Below are positions 33,633-44,035 of a stretch of 64,000 nt of DNA, piece by piece; the first letter of the stretch is position 1; the number at the start of each line of letters is the position of its first letter. Source of the stretch: Escherichia phage vB_EcoM_G37-3. The position numbers and the translations under genes are program-made. The stretch lies in sequence record MK327941.1. The stretch is one strand, 5' to 3'. Below the pieces are notes generated by a model that saw nothing but the letters and a program-made list of their open reading frames with translations, was not told where the DNA came from and ran no database searches.

Positions 33633-34106
33633 CTATTTGTTAAGCCCTTTAAAGCCAAACACTTTCTTTAATGCATGTTCGGTGATGATCTTAAACTCCA
33701 TGTTATGCTTTTGGCATAATTTCACGGCAGCTAACCATTTTTCAGTATTTTTTGTGTATGTCCATACTTCATGCATATATCGTTGCTTTGTCTTCGCGGT
33801 CATTCTTTTTGGCTTTTCCGGTGGCCTTGTCTCTTTAGCTGGTTTAACTTCCCATAAATGCTCCTTGCCATCATCAAACTTAACGTAAAAATCCATAAAG
33901 TATCTGTGTCTTTTCCCGTCTGTTGATGACTCATAAGGAATTACTACGGTCTCAGATCCCCATTTTGAAACTCTAGGATTGCGGTCTAGCCACTGCATGA
34001 TCCATCTTTCCCAGCTTGAACGGTATGTGATCTTACGTATATCCCCTTTATACTTTTCCTTATTCTCAGGAACATACTTGCCCTTATAAGTGTTAGATCC
34101 TCCCAT
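33633..34106 (-). CDS. 4: Head completion protein gp4
   Basis: Aligns with T4 gp4 (GKYVP, YRSSWERW, VVIPY, DGKRHRYFMDFY, FKIITEH). Confidence 0.8.
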   Translation of the reverse strand: MGGSNTYKGKYVPENKEKYKGDIRKITYRSSWERWIMQWLDRNPRVSKWGSETVVIPYESSTDGKRHRYFMDFYVKFDDGKEHLWEVKPAKETRPPEKPKRMTAKTKQRYMHEVWTYTKNTEKWLAAVKLCQKHNMEFKIITEHALKKVFGFKGLNK

Positions 34107-34110
34107 TTTA

Positions 34111-34157
34111 GCACCCTTTATTATAAATACATAATACTATTTATCAATTGAGGGTGC
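34111..34157 (+). promoter_or_regulatory. T4-type late promoter TATAAATA (34122-34129) flanked by inverted repeat, upstream of gene 53
   Basis: Exact TATAAATA; arms TAGCACCCT / AGGGTGCTA. Confidence 0.6.
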
Positions 34158-34161
34158 TAAA

Positions 34162-34716
34162 ATGCTCTTTTCTTTCTTCCCTGCCATTGAATACAACGGC
34201 AAGATGATTACTGACATTGTGCGCAATTACCGCGCCTATTTCAACGCAATAATTTCTGATTATAACATACAAACATATTACATTCAAGGTAGTCCACGAC
34301 CGGAACAAGTTGCATATGAAGTATACGGAAACCAACAACTTTATTGGATCTTGCTGATGCTTAATGACGTATACGATCCGTTCCATGACTGGATCACCGA
34401 TCAAGAGACAGCATATGAATCAGCCGAACAGCGATATGCAAATGTAGGAGGAAATCAAGTATTATACCACGTTGATATTGACGGAAACAAGTATTGGAAT
34501 CTTACCGAATATCCGAAAGGATCAAGCAATTGGTATGATAAAGGGGATATTCATCATCGTCATTTGCAGTTTCAAGGTGCACTATCGGCAGTAGACACAC
34601 TGGAAGATGCGATCCTCCGTAATGAGGAACGACGCAAGATCAAGATCATAGATCCTACACAAATTAAACAATTTATTAACGCATTCATTCGAGAAATGGA
34701 AAAGGCTGATGTGTAA
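34162..34716 (+). CDS. 53: Baseplate wedge protein gp53
   Basis: Aligns with T4 gp53 (YYIQGSPRPE, QLYWILLMLND, WYDKGD, GALSAVDT). Confidence 0.8.
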   Translation: MLFSFFPAIEYNGKMITDIVRNYRAYFNAIISDYNIQTYYIQGSPRPEQVAYEVYGNQQLYWILLMLNDVYDPFHDWITDQETAYESAEQRYANVGGNQVLYHVDIDGNKYWNLTEYPKGSSNWYDKGDIHHRHLQFQGALSAVDTLEDAILRNEERRKIKIIDPTQIKQFINAFIREMEKADV

Positions 34717-34727
34717 GGTGATTAATT

Positions 34728-36527
34728 ATGCTAATGTTTAATAACTCCGTTAAATGGTTTACCGGAATTGTAGAAAACAGGGAAGACCCATTAATGCTGG
34801 GTCGTGTTCAGGTTAGGATTCATGGTATACATCCCTCGCTATCCGCACACGGTGACATTCAAGGTCTTCCAACCGAAGATCTATTATGGATTACGCCAGT
34901 ACAAGATATTACAAGCGCGGCGATCTCCGGTATAGGTCAAAGCCCTACTGGTATTGTTGAAGGTTCAATGGTATTTGGTTTGGCTTTAGATGAACGTTAT
35001 TTAAACTGCGTTATTCTTGGTACTATTGCCGGACAATATACAGAGAAACCACTCACTACAGAGGGTTTTTGTGACCCTTCTGGTGCATATCCTCGTTATA
35101 TTGGTAATGATGTTAATATTCTTGCTCGTGGCGGTATTAACCCAGAAACCGGACAAACAACAAAACCTGATAGTGTCTATATTCGAGATGAAAACACTGG
35201 AGTTGCAGTAAATCCAGACGACGAGCCATTAGACCAAATTCCGGTTGATGATAATCCTGATTTTACAATAGAAAAAATGCTGCGGGGCGATGAGGGATAT
35301 CGCGAGAAATGGTATCTTGATTCAGAAGGATATCCGACAATAGGCATCGGGCATTTGATCATTTATAAGAAAACCAGTGATCTTGGTATTATCAATAATG
35401 AACTTTCTAAGCTGGTAGGGCGTGAAGTTACAAACGGAAGACTTACCGCCGAAGAAGTTAGTAAAGTATTTGCCGACGATATAGAAAAGACTCGTCGTGA
35501 TATGCGCAAACATCCACGAATTGCACCTGTCTATAATAAATGTAATGCCTCTCGTCGCATGGCATTAGAAAATATGGCGTTTCAAATGGGTGTTGGTGGA
35601 TTGGGTAAATTTAAGAATAGTCTTGCTGCGATGTTAGCGGAAGAATGGAAACAAGCCTATGATGGATTACGTCAATCGGTATGGGCTAACCAAACTCCAG
35701 GACGCTCCAGCCGTGTTTCTAAAATTATTTTAACTGGTAACTTAGAATCATATGGCGTAATTGCTCCAAAGAAAGAGGAATCAATTTCTGATGATCCGCG
35801 AGAACGTTTGAGAAATGCCCGTATTGCTGCCTATAAGACGCAGAGAGCAGAAGAAGACCCAGAAGCACCGTTTACCCCACAAGACACACGAATCATGTTT
35901 AAAGAGCCTAAGAGTTCGTATTCTGCAAGGTATCCATATAACCATGTGTACGAGTCAGAGAGCGGTCATATTATCGAGATTGATGATACTCCTTCTCATG
36001 AGCGATATCATCGTAAACATCCTTCTGGTACATTTGAAGAAACCAGACCGGACGGAACGAGGGTAGAAAAGATTGAAGGCGATGATTATCTGATCGTTAA
36101 ACAAGGCCGGAAAGTAAACGTCAAGGGTAATTTGCAAGTTGTTGTTGAAGGTGACGCGCAAGTTTATTATATGGGTAATGTGATGCAAACCGTTGATGGT
36201 AACGTCACTGAATTTATTCGTGGCAATGTTAATCAGACCGTTGAAGGTACTGCTAACATGCATGTTGTTGGTGATGTTATCGCACAGCTTGACGCTAATT
36301 TGACGGCTAACGTCAAGGGTAATGCTGAATTAATGATCGAGGGTAACACTACCGAAACAATTAAAGGTAACTATGATTTAACCGTTGAGGGTAATTTTAA
36401 TATGACAGTCAATGGCACTAAATCAGATCAGGTTAATGGTGACTGGTCCCGTAATTGTGGTGCAAGCGTTAAAGATATTGCATCTGGTACAGTTAAAATT
36501 GATGGTAGCCGTATTGATCTTGGGTGA
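34728..36527 (+). CDS. 5: Baseplate hub + tail lysozyme gp5 (cell-puncturing device)
   Basis: OB-fold N-terminus, lysozyme domain GYPTIGIGHLI..., C-terminal beta-helix VxGxxxxx repeats. Confidence 0.95.
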   Translation: MLMFNNSVKWFTGIVENREDPLMLGRVQVRIHGIHPSLSAHGDIQGLPTEDLLWITPVQDITSAAISGIGQSPTGIVEGSMVFGLALDERYLNCVILGTIAGQYTEKPLTTEGFCDPSGAYPRYIGNDVNILARGGINPETGQTTKPDSVYIRDENTGVAVNPDDEPLDQIPVDDNPDFTIEKMLRGDEGYREKWYLDSEGYPTIGIGHLIIYKKTSDLGIINNELSKLVGREVTNGRLTAEEVSKVFADDIEKTRRDMRKHPRIAPVYNKCNASRRMALENMAFQMGVGGLGKFKNSLAAMLAEEWKQAYDGLRQSVWANQTPGRSSRVSKIILTGNLESYGVIAPKKEESISDDPRERLRNARIAAYKTQRAEEDPEAPFTPQDTRIMFKEPKSSYSARYPYNHVYESESGHIIEIDDTPSHERYHRKHPSGTFEETRPDGTRVEKIEGDDYLIVKQGRKVNVKGNLQVVVEGDAQVYYMGNVMQTVDGNVTEFIRGNVNQTVEGTANMHVVGDVIAQLDANLTANVKGNAELMIEGNTTETIKGNYDLTVEGNFNMTVNGTKSDQVNGDWSRNCGASVKDIASGTVKIDGSRIDLG

Positions 36528-36535
36528 GGTAACTA

Positions 36536-37105
36536 ATGGTTGAAATTCTTCCGATGAGTTCAAAATTGGAGGATATCAGCGAGCGAGAAATCTTTGAGGT
36601 GGTGTTCTCTTATAAAGCAACGCCACCGGATGCAAATACCACATACACGATTAAAGAGTTTAAGATCAGCGAGTATCGCCCTAATAAGGGCGTTACCGTT
36701 GAAGAAACTAAAATATCTGGTGAGTATCGGGATAGTTTTTCGCTTGGCGCGGATTCTCTTAAATATATAACGAAAGATAGAATTAAAAAATCTGCCGGAA
36801 GTTTTGATGATTTACCAGATCCAACTACCGCAGATCTATATTATTTTAACGCTCCTACACGTCTACAGGAGGTTTATACTTATAAAGTAACCCTAACCTA
36901 TATCCAATCTGTTTCAGAGTCTTCTGGTGGTTCTGGTGAAGGAAATAGTGGTGGTTCCAGTAGCCGAGAGGGTGCTGGTGAAACTAATCCGCCTCCGGTA
37001 GTAACCGAGCACACAATAGAGAAAGTTTATACTCAAACCGTTTTTGGAAATTGGGATGTGTGGAGTAAACAGTTAAGAGATTATGTTAGAAGAAGTGAGG
37101 GATAA
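36536..37105 (+). CDS. Hypothetical protein (gene 5.1 position)
   Basis: 189-aa ORF with Gly/Ser-rich linker; positional analog of T4 5.1. Confidence 0.45.
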   Translation: MVEILPMSSKLEDISEREIFEVVFSYKATPPDANTTYTIKEFKISEYRPNKGVTVEETKISGEYRDSFSLGADSLKYITKDRIKKSAGSFDDLPDPTTADLYYFNAPTRLQEVYTYKVTLTYIQSVSESSGGSGEGNSGGSSSREGAGETNPPPVVTEHTIEKVYTQTVFGNWDVWSKQLRDYVRRSEG

Positions 37106-37106
37106 T

Positions 37107-37646
37107 ATGATTGAAGTAATTCATTACACCAAAGAAGATGAAATTTTATATAATAGACTACATGAACTATTTTATGAAGTTGACGGAAAGGTTTATAGAA
37201 GGTTCTCTCGTGGACGTTCTAAAGCCGGAAGTCTAGTTGGTGGATTGAAGATAAATCCATGTGGATATAGATATTGGAGACTTGCTGTTGATGGTAAAGA
37301 GTTTCAGAGGTCTCATGTTGTTTATCATATGCATCACGGACACACTCCAAAAAAACCACTACAAATAGATCATATTAACACAAACTCCCTTGACGACCGA
37401 GTTAGCAATTTAAGACCAGTAACAGTTACTCAACAAATGTACAACCAAAATAAACAATCCGATTGCACATCTTCATATATTGGTGTTAATTGGAATAAAA
37501 ATTCCAAAAAATGGGAAGCTAGAATTAGAGCTAATGGAAAACGAATCCGTTTAGGTCTATTTGATAATGAAATTGACGCTGCGATTGCCTATAACACCGC
37601 TGCATTATCTAGAGATTCAAAAGTTAACAAATTAAACGATGTATGA
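37107..37646 (+). CDS. HNH homing endonuclease with AP2-like DNA-binding domain
   Basis: HVVYHMHHGHTPKKPLQIDHINTNSLDDRVSNLR (HNH) and YIGVNWNKNSKKWEARIRANGKRIRLGLF (AP2-like); ATG at 37107 with RBS GAGGGA. Confidence 0.75.
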   Translation: MIEVIHYTKEDEILYNRLHELFYEVDGKVYRRFSRGRSKAGSLVGGLKINPCGYRYWRLAVDGKEFQRSHVVYHMHHGHTPKKPLQIDHINTNSLDDRVSNLRPVTVTQQMYNQNKQSDCTSSYIGVNWNKNSKKWEARIRANGKRIRLGLFDNEIDAAIAYNTAALSRDSKVNKLNDV

Positions 37647-37661
37647 GGATGGGGGTGTTTA

Positions 37662-37955
37662 ATGGCTGGATTATCCTACGATAAAGCTAAAACTACAGGG
37701 CACGGAAACTACCCACCTACTGTAATTAATGCAACTCAATCGAAGGTATTTGTTGAGGGTATCCCTGTATTAGTAGAAGGAGACCCAATTACACCACACA
37801 CAAAAACAACAAAGCCTTATGATACACACGGGGGAACTACGGTCGCCAGTACCCCGAAAGTCTTTGTTACCGGAAAGAAAGCAATTCAAATGGCAGATCG
37901 TATTAGCTGTGGCGATACCGTCGCTATGGCATCACCGAAGGTTTATATCAAATGA
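37662..37955 (+). CDS. 5.4: PAAR-repeat spike tip protein gp5.4
   Basis: 97-aa protein directly upstream of gene 6, as T4 gp5.4. Confidence 0.75.
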   Translation: MAGLSYDKAKTTGHGNYPPTVINATQSKVFVEGIPVLVEGDPITPHTKTTKPYDTHGGTTVASTPKVFVTGKKAIQMADRISCGDTVAMASPKVYIK

Positions 37956-39601
37956 CAAAGCAAAAGATTACACAAATTCCTGATATTTTTAATGCTGCTA
38001 CATTCGATGAAATTAAAAGCGCATTAACAGACTGGATGAGAAACCAGGAAGAATTTAAAGATTTTGATTTTAATGGTGCTGGTATTAACGTATTGATGGA
38101 CTTGCTCGCATATAATACCCTTTATATTCAGCAATTCGCCAACGCCGCGCTATATGAATCTTTTATCAGAACGGCAATTAAGCGTAGTTCAGTTGTTCAA
38201 GCCGCGCAAGATTTAGGATATTTGCCAGCAAGTAAAACTAGTGCATCAACTACAATTATGTTGCATGTATCACATCCACGAAATCCGGCAAGTATTCGAA
38301 TCCCACGAGGAACTAAATTTATTGCAAGTGTGGACCGCCAGACGTCTTATCCGTTTGTTACTACAGAAGACGTTGTGAGCGTTTTAGGTTCAAATGGTTT
38401 ATATACTCCTATGCTTAAAGTCGCACAAGGTCGTATTGTTCGTACAGAAATGTTATTTGATCCGAAGAAACAAATTCTGATCCGCGATCCTGATATTGAC
38501 CGCGCTCAGGTTAAATTGTGGGTGGATGGGGCTGAATGGAAAGACTGGACGCGAGAAAGTATTGTTAATGCAACTGGCGCCAGTAATATTTTCTATATGC
38601 GTGAAACCGTAGACGGTCATACAGAAATCTTCTTTGGTGAAGGTGAATCAACTTTATCTGCTGCTGGCGGTGCACTGGAAGCAAATTATATTGGTGGACT
38701 TAAGCCGTCAACTGGTGCTAATATTGTTATTGAATATATTAGCACTAAAGGCGCGGAAGCAAACGGATCTGTCAATTTCACATACGCGGATACCCTTGCA
38801 TCTATCTCTATTGTTAAAATTATTGAGAATCCGACAAATGATCGTGATTATGTCGGTGCAGATGGTGGTGGTGATCCTGAATCAATCGAACGTATTCGTG
38901 AACTTGCTCCGGTAATGCGTGAATCTCAGCGTCGTTGTGTTACTGCTTCCGACTATGAGGCTTTTGTATCTAGCCGTTTTGGTAGTATTGTTCAGGCGGT
39001 ACAATGTTTCACCGATCGAGAAAAACCAGGTTATGCTTTTGTTGCTGTTAAGCCTAAATCTGGTTTGCGATTGACAACTATTCAAAAAGAAGATATGCGG
39101 GATTATCTGGCAAAATATAACCTTGCCCCTATCACACCGAGCATCATTGACCCTAACTATCTGTATATTAAACAGAATATTAAAGTTTCCTATTCAATCA
39201 ATGACTTATCAGAATCAGAGCAGTGGTTGCGCGGTGCGGTTATTGATCAGATTGATGCATATTATACCGACGAAGTGGAAATTTTTAACCAGACCTTTAG
39301 TAAGTCTAAAATGCTTGCGCGTATTGACAAAGCTGATGTATCTGTGATAGGTTCTAGTGCAGAAATAGAGATGGTTCGAGAGATCGACAACTTCTATAAA
39401 GCACCTATGGCGGGAATCAAGTTTTTAAACCAGTATAAGAGCGGAATCAAGTCTAGTTCGTTCAACTTCGAAAAGGACGGTAAACAATACCCGATCCATT
39501 ATGTAAGTACAGAAATGAACAAAGAATCCGGTTTAGCTAAATTGCTGGTTGGACCTTTCCCTGTTGATTCTACAATCGCTTTACCGCACTTCCGGCACTG
39601 A
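37952..39601 (+). CDS. 6: Baseplate wedge protein gp6, N-terminal frame (interrupted by frameshift)
   Basis: 549-aa ORF at gene 6 position; terminates prematurely at 39599-39601. Confidence 0.75.
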   Translation: MTKQKITQIPDIFNAATFDEIKSALTDWMRNQEEFKDFDFNGAGINVLMDLLAYNTLYIQQFANAALYESFIRTAIKRSSVVQAAQDLGYLPASKTSASTTIMLHVSHPRNPASIRIPRGTKFIASVDRQTSYPFVTTEDVVSVLGSNGLYTPMLKVAQGRIVRTEMLFDPKKQILIRDPDIDRAQVKLWVDGAEWKDWTRESIVNATGASNIFYMRETVDGHTEIFFGEGESTLSAAGGALEANYIGGLKPSTGANIVIEYISTKGAEANGSVNFTYADTLASISIVKIIENPTNDRDYVGADGGGDPESIERIRELAPVMRESQRRCVTASDYEAFVSSRFGSIVQAVQCFTDREKPGYAFVAVKPKSGLRLTTIQKEDMRDYLAKYNLAPITPSIIDPNYLYIKQNIKVSYSINDLSESEQWLRGAVIDQIDAYYTDEVEIFNQTFSKSKMLARIDKADVSVIGSSAEIEMVREIDNFYKAPMAGIKFLNQYKSGIKSSSFNFEKDGKQYPIHYVSTEMNKESGLAKLLVGPFPVDSTIALPHFRH

Positions 39602-39854
39602 TTTTGATAAAGAGGTTATTGACGGTGCGGACCTATACTTTGAGGTTGGAGAGGTTCAGCATTATGACGACCTTATTTCATGGGATCTGGGTAAACTGAA
39701 TATCAATAGCGATCGCTTTACTGGTTCATATATTGAGTTGACAGCTAAACCGATTGCTGATAACATCTTTACTAAAGACGGTTCTTTGATCGTGTTTGAA
39801 AACGATCTCCGTCCTCAGTACACAACTATTAGTCTGGAGGCAATTGCTCAATGA
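39537..39854 (+). CDS. 6: gp6 C-terminal segment in +1 frame (ends with ATGA overlap onto gene 7)
   Basis: Open frame from 39537; stop TGA overlaps gene 7 ATG at 39851. Confidence 0.55.
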   Translation, partial: LNCWLDLSLLILQSLYRTSGTDFDKEVIDGADLYFEVGEVQHYDDLISWDLGKLNINSDRFTGSYIELTAKPIADNIFTKDGSLIVFENDLRPQYTTISLEAIAQ

Positions 39855-42800
39855 TTAAAGCGCCTAGTGTAACTAGCTTGACAATAGAAAAATTGTCTGC
39901 TAATCAGGCGTATATCACATGGGATGACGTAGGCGAAAACTTCTTTTATTTTGTGGAGTTAGCCGAAACCAGAACACGAGACGGGGAGATCATCCCCGTC
40001 GATGAGTTAAGCTGGGTAAACCTGGGATATACTGCCGAACAAAACTGGTTTGAGGATAAAAACCTTTTTCCAGAATATTATTACAAGTTTCGTGTAGCAG
40101 TAGCCGCAGAAGGATTTGAACAAAGTAAATGGGTTGAGACAGAAGAGTTTCAGACATTTAAAACAAACGCATATAATTTTTCTATGATGCGAGAGTTCAA
40201 CCTTGCAAACGAGTTTATAAAGGAAAAATTTACATACGATAATCGAGAGTATGTCAAGTTTAATACCGACCTTATTCAAGCATCATTGATGAAGGAAGAT
40301 TTTGTCTTTAGTCCTGAATATGCAAACATGACAAATATCTCAAACTACATTGTAGTTGATGAGAACTTTCATGAAATACAGGACCACATAGAAAAAGTTT
40401 GTACTGATATAAACCACACTATGTTAGCGGAAATGAACGGTGTTTTGTACCTTTTCGAACGGTTCCAGCCGATCGTGAAAGTGTCAAATGATAAAGGCCA
40501 ATCATGGAAGGCATACAAGGCTTTTAATGACCGTGTAGGCAATCCGGTTTCCCGTACATGCGTTTATCAGTCTAAAACCACTACTTACGTTTTAGGATAT
40601 GACCGAATCTTTTACGGACGACAAGCGAGCGATACTCGATGGAGCGCGGACGATGTTCGATTTAGTGATGATACGATCACTTTTGCAAAGGTCGGTGACG
40701 AAAACGATTTAGGCTTTGACGTTGAGGTCTTTGGTGTATTTTCCAGATTAACAGGTGATACCACAAAATACGCCGAAGCTATGGCGTGTAGTGATGACTA
40801 TTTGTGGGTTGGTGCTAAAGATGTTATTCGCCGGATTCGTCTTAAGAATACTCCTGTTGATACCGTACAGGGTTCGCCTACGTTTGGAGAAAAAATATTC
40901 GATCCTGATGTTATCCGAGTAACAGGAAATGATAAAGCTGTCATTCAGAAAATGGATGTGGTCGACGGTAAATTGCTTGTATTTGTTACGGGTGAAGTTA
41001 AACAGCGTTATCAAGATCCAACTAAACCAGAAAACGTTGTTCCGTCAGATGATGCGGGTGTATACTTAATAGGGAGTGATGGTCTGTCTTTTCAGAGAGT
41101 ATTTGGCAACACTCCGCAGGAAAGGGAATATATTCAGCATGGGTTCAGTAATATGTCAACCAATGGTGATGAGGTGTTCATAAGCCATTATAATCATCAC
41201 TTCGAAAGCATTTTACCTGATCCAGAAACTGCCGAGAAATATGAATTGGGAGAAGCTGTAAAATATTCTCATGAGCCAACTTATCTAACTGATAAGAAAA
41301 TACATCAAACTACTTTCAGAGCAAGTTATGATGATTTGCGTATTTGGGAGTTAGGACCGCAAGCGTATTATAATGAGGCCGATTATACATGGATGCGTCG
41401 AAACGGTGTCCGTGTGTGGATCACAAATGATAATCGCCCGTTGGTTGTTTATCCAGAGGTTATCTATACTCAAGAAGTTGATACATCTGGCATTCTTGAC
41501 CAAAATAGGATCAACCGAGAAGTTTATGATAAAGGGACCGTGACCTGTTATCTTAACAATGTTAAATTTGAAGGATTCAAACAATATGCATCCGGTGTAA
41601 TGTTCCATAAAAACACAGGAGAGATCATAGGATTCTATCAATTTAATTATCGTGTTCGTGATCAGGTTGGTGTATATTGGAAACCTACAAATGTAGCATT
41701 TGTTGCTGAATTGCAAAATCAGGTTCGAGAGGTTCCCTGGGTTCCGGTTCACTACGATCGAGAGCAAGATCCAGATTTGCGGCCTTTACTGAATAAGATG
41801 ACCCCTGATAGCTTTTTACTTGAGAACGAAAATTTCAGAAAATTCTCTGAATATTATCTGCAATTCTTAAGCGATGGTTCAGGAACATATTATAATAAAC
41901 TAAAAAATCTGATTAAAAACAAATATCCACGCGAGAAAGATGCATATGAGTATCTTTGGTCAGAGATGAACAAACGAAACATCTATGCAGATAAAAACAA
42001 GCGAGATGCGGTAGTAAGATTCTTTGAATCCCGCAAATCAGATTTTTATTCCACTAAGGGCGTGGAGGCTTCTTATAAGTTCTTGTTTAAGTTACTTTAT
42101 AATGAAGATGTGGAAATTGAGGTTGAATCACAAGCCGGACTAGAGTATGATATTGTTGTTAGTTCAACGAACATTGACGAGGATATCGTAGGTCGCACGA
42201 TTTATACTCCAACCGGACGGGCTAACGTGACGTATCTTGAAAGGGAATATGAAGGTGGTCGCCTACGCTGGCGAGTAACCATTCATAACCTGATCGGGCG
42301 GTTCGAAGAAGGTCAAGTGATCAAATCAGAGAAAACAGCGTTTGAAGGGATGATCCTTGTTGGTGTACGTGGTAAAGAGTTGTTGAGTAGTTCAATCGAC
42401 TATATCAACCGCTCACGAAGCCAATACACCATGAAGATTAAAAGTGCATTGCCAGTTTCGCGCTATGCAAATGATGTAATGCGATTCGTTCATCCTGTCG
42501 GCTTTGGGTTTATCGGTGTTACCCTGCTTACGATGTTCATTAACAGCGGGTTGAGCATGAAGCACACCGAGACGATAATTCAATCTCTGAAAAATTATAA
42601 GTTTGACAGCGGATTGCCTAGCGTGTATCCTGATCGGGTGGCAGACCTTGACGTTGACGGAAACATTAAGAAAGACCCGCTTACCGGAAAAGCATTATAT
42701 TTGACTTCACCTTTAATCGGTGATGAATTTCCGGTTCCTCCTGAATATGATCAGGAGAACAGCGAATTGTTCCACGGACTTAAAGCAAGCGAACGAAGAT

Positions 42801-42937
42801 TTGCAATGAGTCCACTGTTTGACCAGTCGGCGGTAACATTCTCTATGTTCCGTGAGCTTGTGGATAAACGGTTGAAGGATAATATAGGGAATCCACGCGA
42901 TCCGAAGAATCCGACACAGAGGAAAATTAATGGCTAA
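39851..42937 (+). CDS. 7: Baseplate wedge protein gp7
   Basis: 1028 aa, collinear with T4 gp7 (IKAPSVTSL, YLFERFQPIVKVSNDKGQSWKA, NPRDPKNPTQ). Confidence 0.92.
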   Translation: MIKAPSVTSLTIEKLSANQAYITWDDVGENFFYFVELAETRTRDGEIIPVDELSWVNLGYTAEQNWFEDKNLFPEYYYKFRVAVAAEGFEQSKWVETEEFQTFKTNAYNFSMMREFNLANEFIKEKFTYDNREYVKFNTDLIQASLMKEDFVFSPEYANMTNISNYIVVDENFHEIQDHIEKVCTDINHTMLAEMNGVLYLFERFQPIVKVSNDKGQSWKAYKAFNDRVGNPVSRTCVYQSKTTTYVLGYDRIFYGRQASDTRWSADDVRFSDDTITFAKVGDENDLGFDVEVFGVFSRLTGDTTKYAEAMACSDDYLWVGAKDVIRRIRLKNTPVDTVQGSPTFGEKIFDPDVIRVTGNDKAVIQKMDVVDGKLLVFVTGEVKQRYQDPTKPENVVPSDDAGVYLIGSDGLSFQRVFGNTPQEREYIQHGFSNMSTNGDEVFISHYNHHFESILPDPETAEKYELGEAVKYSHEPTYLTDKKIHQTTFRASYDDLRIWELGPQAYYNEADYTWMRRNGVRVWITNDNRPLVVYPEVIYTQEVDTSGILDQNRINREVYDKGTVTCYLNNVKFEGFKQYASGVMFHKNTGEIIGFYQFNYRVRDQVGVYWKPTNVAFVAELQNQVREVPWVPVHYDREQDPDLRPLLNKMTPDSFLLENENFRKFSEYYLQFLSDGSGTYYNKLKNLIKNKYPREKDAYEYLWSEMNKRNIYADKNKRDAVVRFFESRKSDFYSTKGVEASYKFLFKLLYNEDVEIEVESQAGLEYDIVVSSTNIDEDIVGRTIYTPTGRANVTYLEREYEGGRLRWRVTIHNLIGRFEEGQVIKSEKTAFEGMILVGVRGKELLSSSIDYINRSRSQYTMKIKSALPVSRYANDVMRFVHPVGFGFIGVTLLTMFINSGLSMKHTETIIQSLKNYKFDSGLPSVYPDRVADLDVDGNIKKDPLTGKALYLTSPLIGDEFPVPPEYDQENSELFHGLKASERRFAMSPLFDQSAVTFSMFRELVDKRLKDNIGNPRDPKNPTQRKING

Positions 42938-43925
42938 TGAAAATAGTGTGATCTATCGCTCAATCATTACTAGTAAATTCAGAACGGAAAAACTTCTGAA
43001 TTTCTATAATTCTGTAGGCGATGGGGCAAATCAAATTACAATTTATGGAACGTTTGGACGTTCGGAGCCGTGGTCAGAAAACGAAAAAGAGGTGGGCTTT
43101 GCCCCACCTTATCCGACCGATTCAACGGCTGGTGTTGTTGACATGTGGACCCATATGATGGGGGCGGTTAAGATTAACAAATCACTTCTTGATGCGGTTA
43201 TCCCTCGTAAAGATTGGGGTGATACCGGACAGGATAACCCGCGCACATTCTTTATCAATGACATTGTTGTTGTCAACTCAGCACCATATAACCGAACTGA
43301 TGTTGGTAGCGGCTGGATGGTGTATCGCGTAACCGATGTTCCTGATCGCGGTTACTGCTCGATTTCAAGCATTGACGCTAAAGTAGAGTGTTTGAAGTTG
43401 GGCGGAAAGTGGACACCCACTCATGAATCAATTGCGCCACCTGTAGGAAAGGGCGATTCTATTGATATGGGTGATGGGTATCGTTGGGAATATCTGTACA
43501 CAATTCCACCTGATGCGGCGATCAACCGTTGCACCAATGAACATATTGTTGTACCGTTCCCCGATGAACTGCGACAAGATCCGGCGCGTTGGGGTTATGA
43601 CAATGTGATCACCTGGTATAATGACTATAATCTGCTTTATCGGCTGAAAGTAGTAACTTTGCGTTTTCAGGCTTATATGGACTCTGCGCAATTCCCAACT
43701 ACCGCGTTAGTGGGTAATACTGGTTTCCGTCAGTTAAGCATTATCCTTAACCCATTGGAAAAGAAAGCACGCCCTAGCGATCCAGACGTTAAAGCGGTTG
43801 AAGATAAGTACCGACCGCAAGACTTAGAGCCACACTCAGGCGAAATGATCTACATGGAAAACCGACAACCTATCGTTCGGTCATTAGATCAAACAGAACT
43901 TGTTTCTGTATTGTTTGAGTTCTAA
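42930..43925 (+). CDS. 8: Baseplate wedge protein gp8
   Basis: VIYRSIITSKFRTEKLLNFYNS, FGRSEPW matches T4 gp8. Confidence 0.9.
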   Translation: MANENSVIYRSIITSKFRTEKLLNFYNSVGDGANQITIYGTFGRSEPWSENEKEVGFAPPYPTDSTAGVVDMWTHMMGAVKINKSLLDAVIPRKDWGDTGQDNPRTFFINDIVVVNSAPYNRTDVGSGWMVYRVTDVPDRGYCSISSIDAKVECLKLGGKWTPTHESIAPPVGKGDSIDMGDGYRWEYLYTIPPDAAINRCTNEHIVVPFPDELRQDPARWGYDNVITWYNDYNLLYRLKVVTLRFQAYMDSAQFPTTALVGNTGFRQLSIILNPLEKKARPSDPDVKAVEDKYRPQDLEPHSGEMIYMENRQPIVRSLDQTELVSVLFEF

Positions 43926-43941
43926 GTGTATGATTTAAAAA

Positions 43942-43966
43942 GCCAATTCTAGAGAGTTGGCTTTTT
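43942..43966 (+). terminator. Rho-independent terminator after gene 8
   Basis: Hairpin AGCCAA-TTCTAGAGAG-TTGGCT followed by TTTTT. Confidence 0.6.
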
Positions 43967-43969
43967 CTA

Positions 43970-43997
43970 TTTTGGGTGTTGACAATCTTGTCTGATA
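43970..43997 (+). promoter_or_regulatory. Sigma70-type promoter driving inserted cassette
   Basis: TTGACA (43970-43975), 16-nt spacer, TATAAT (43992-43997); RBS GGAGGA before ATG 44036. Confidence 0.65.
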
Positions 43998-44035
43998 AGG
44001 TATAATGCTCACATCTAAACAACGGAGGATAAATT

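Noticed and set aside
40007-41767. Minus-strand ORFs within gene 7 (40007-40279, 40748-41014, 41351-41767)
   Set aside because: Antisense to a conserved structural gene with no start signals; artifacts.
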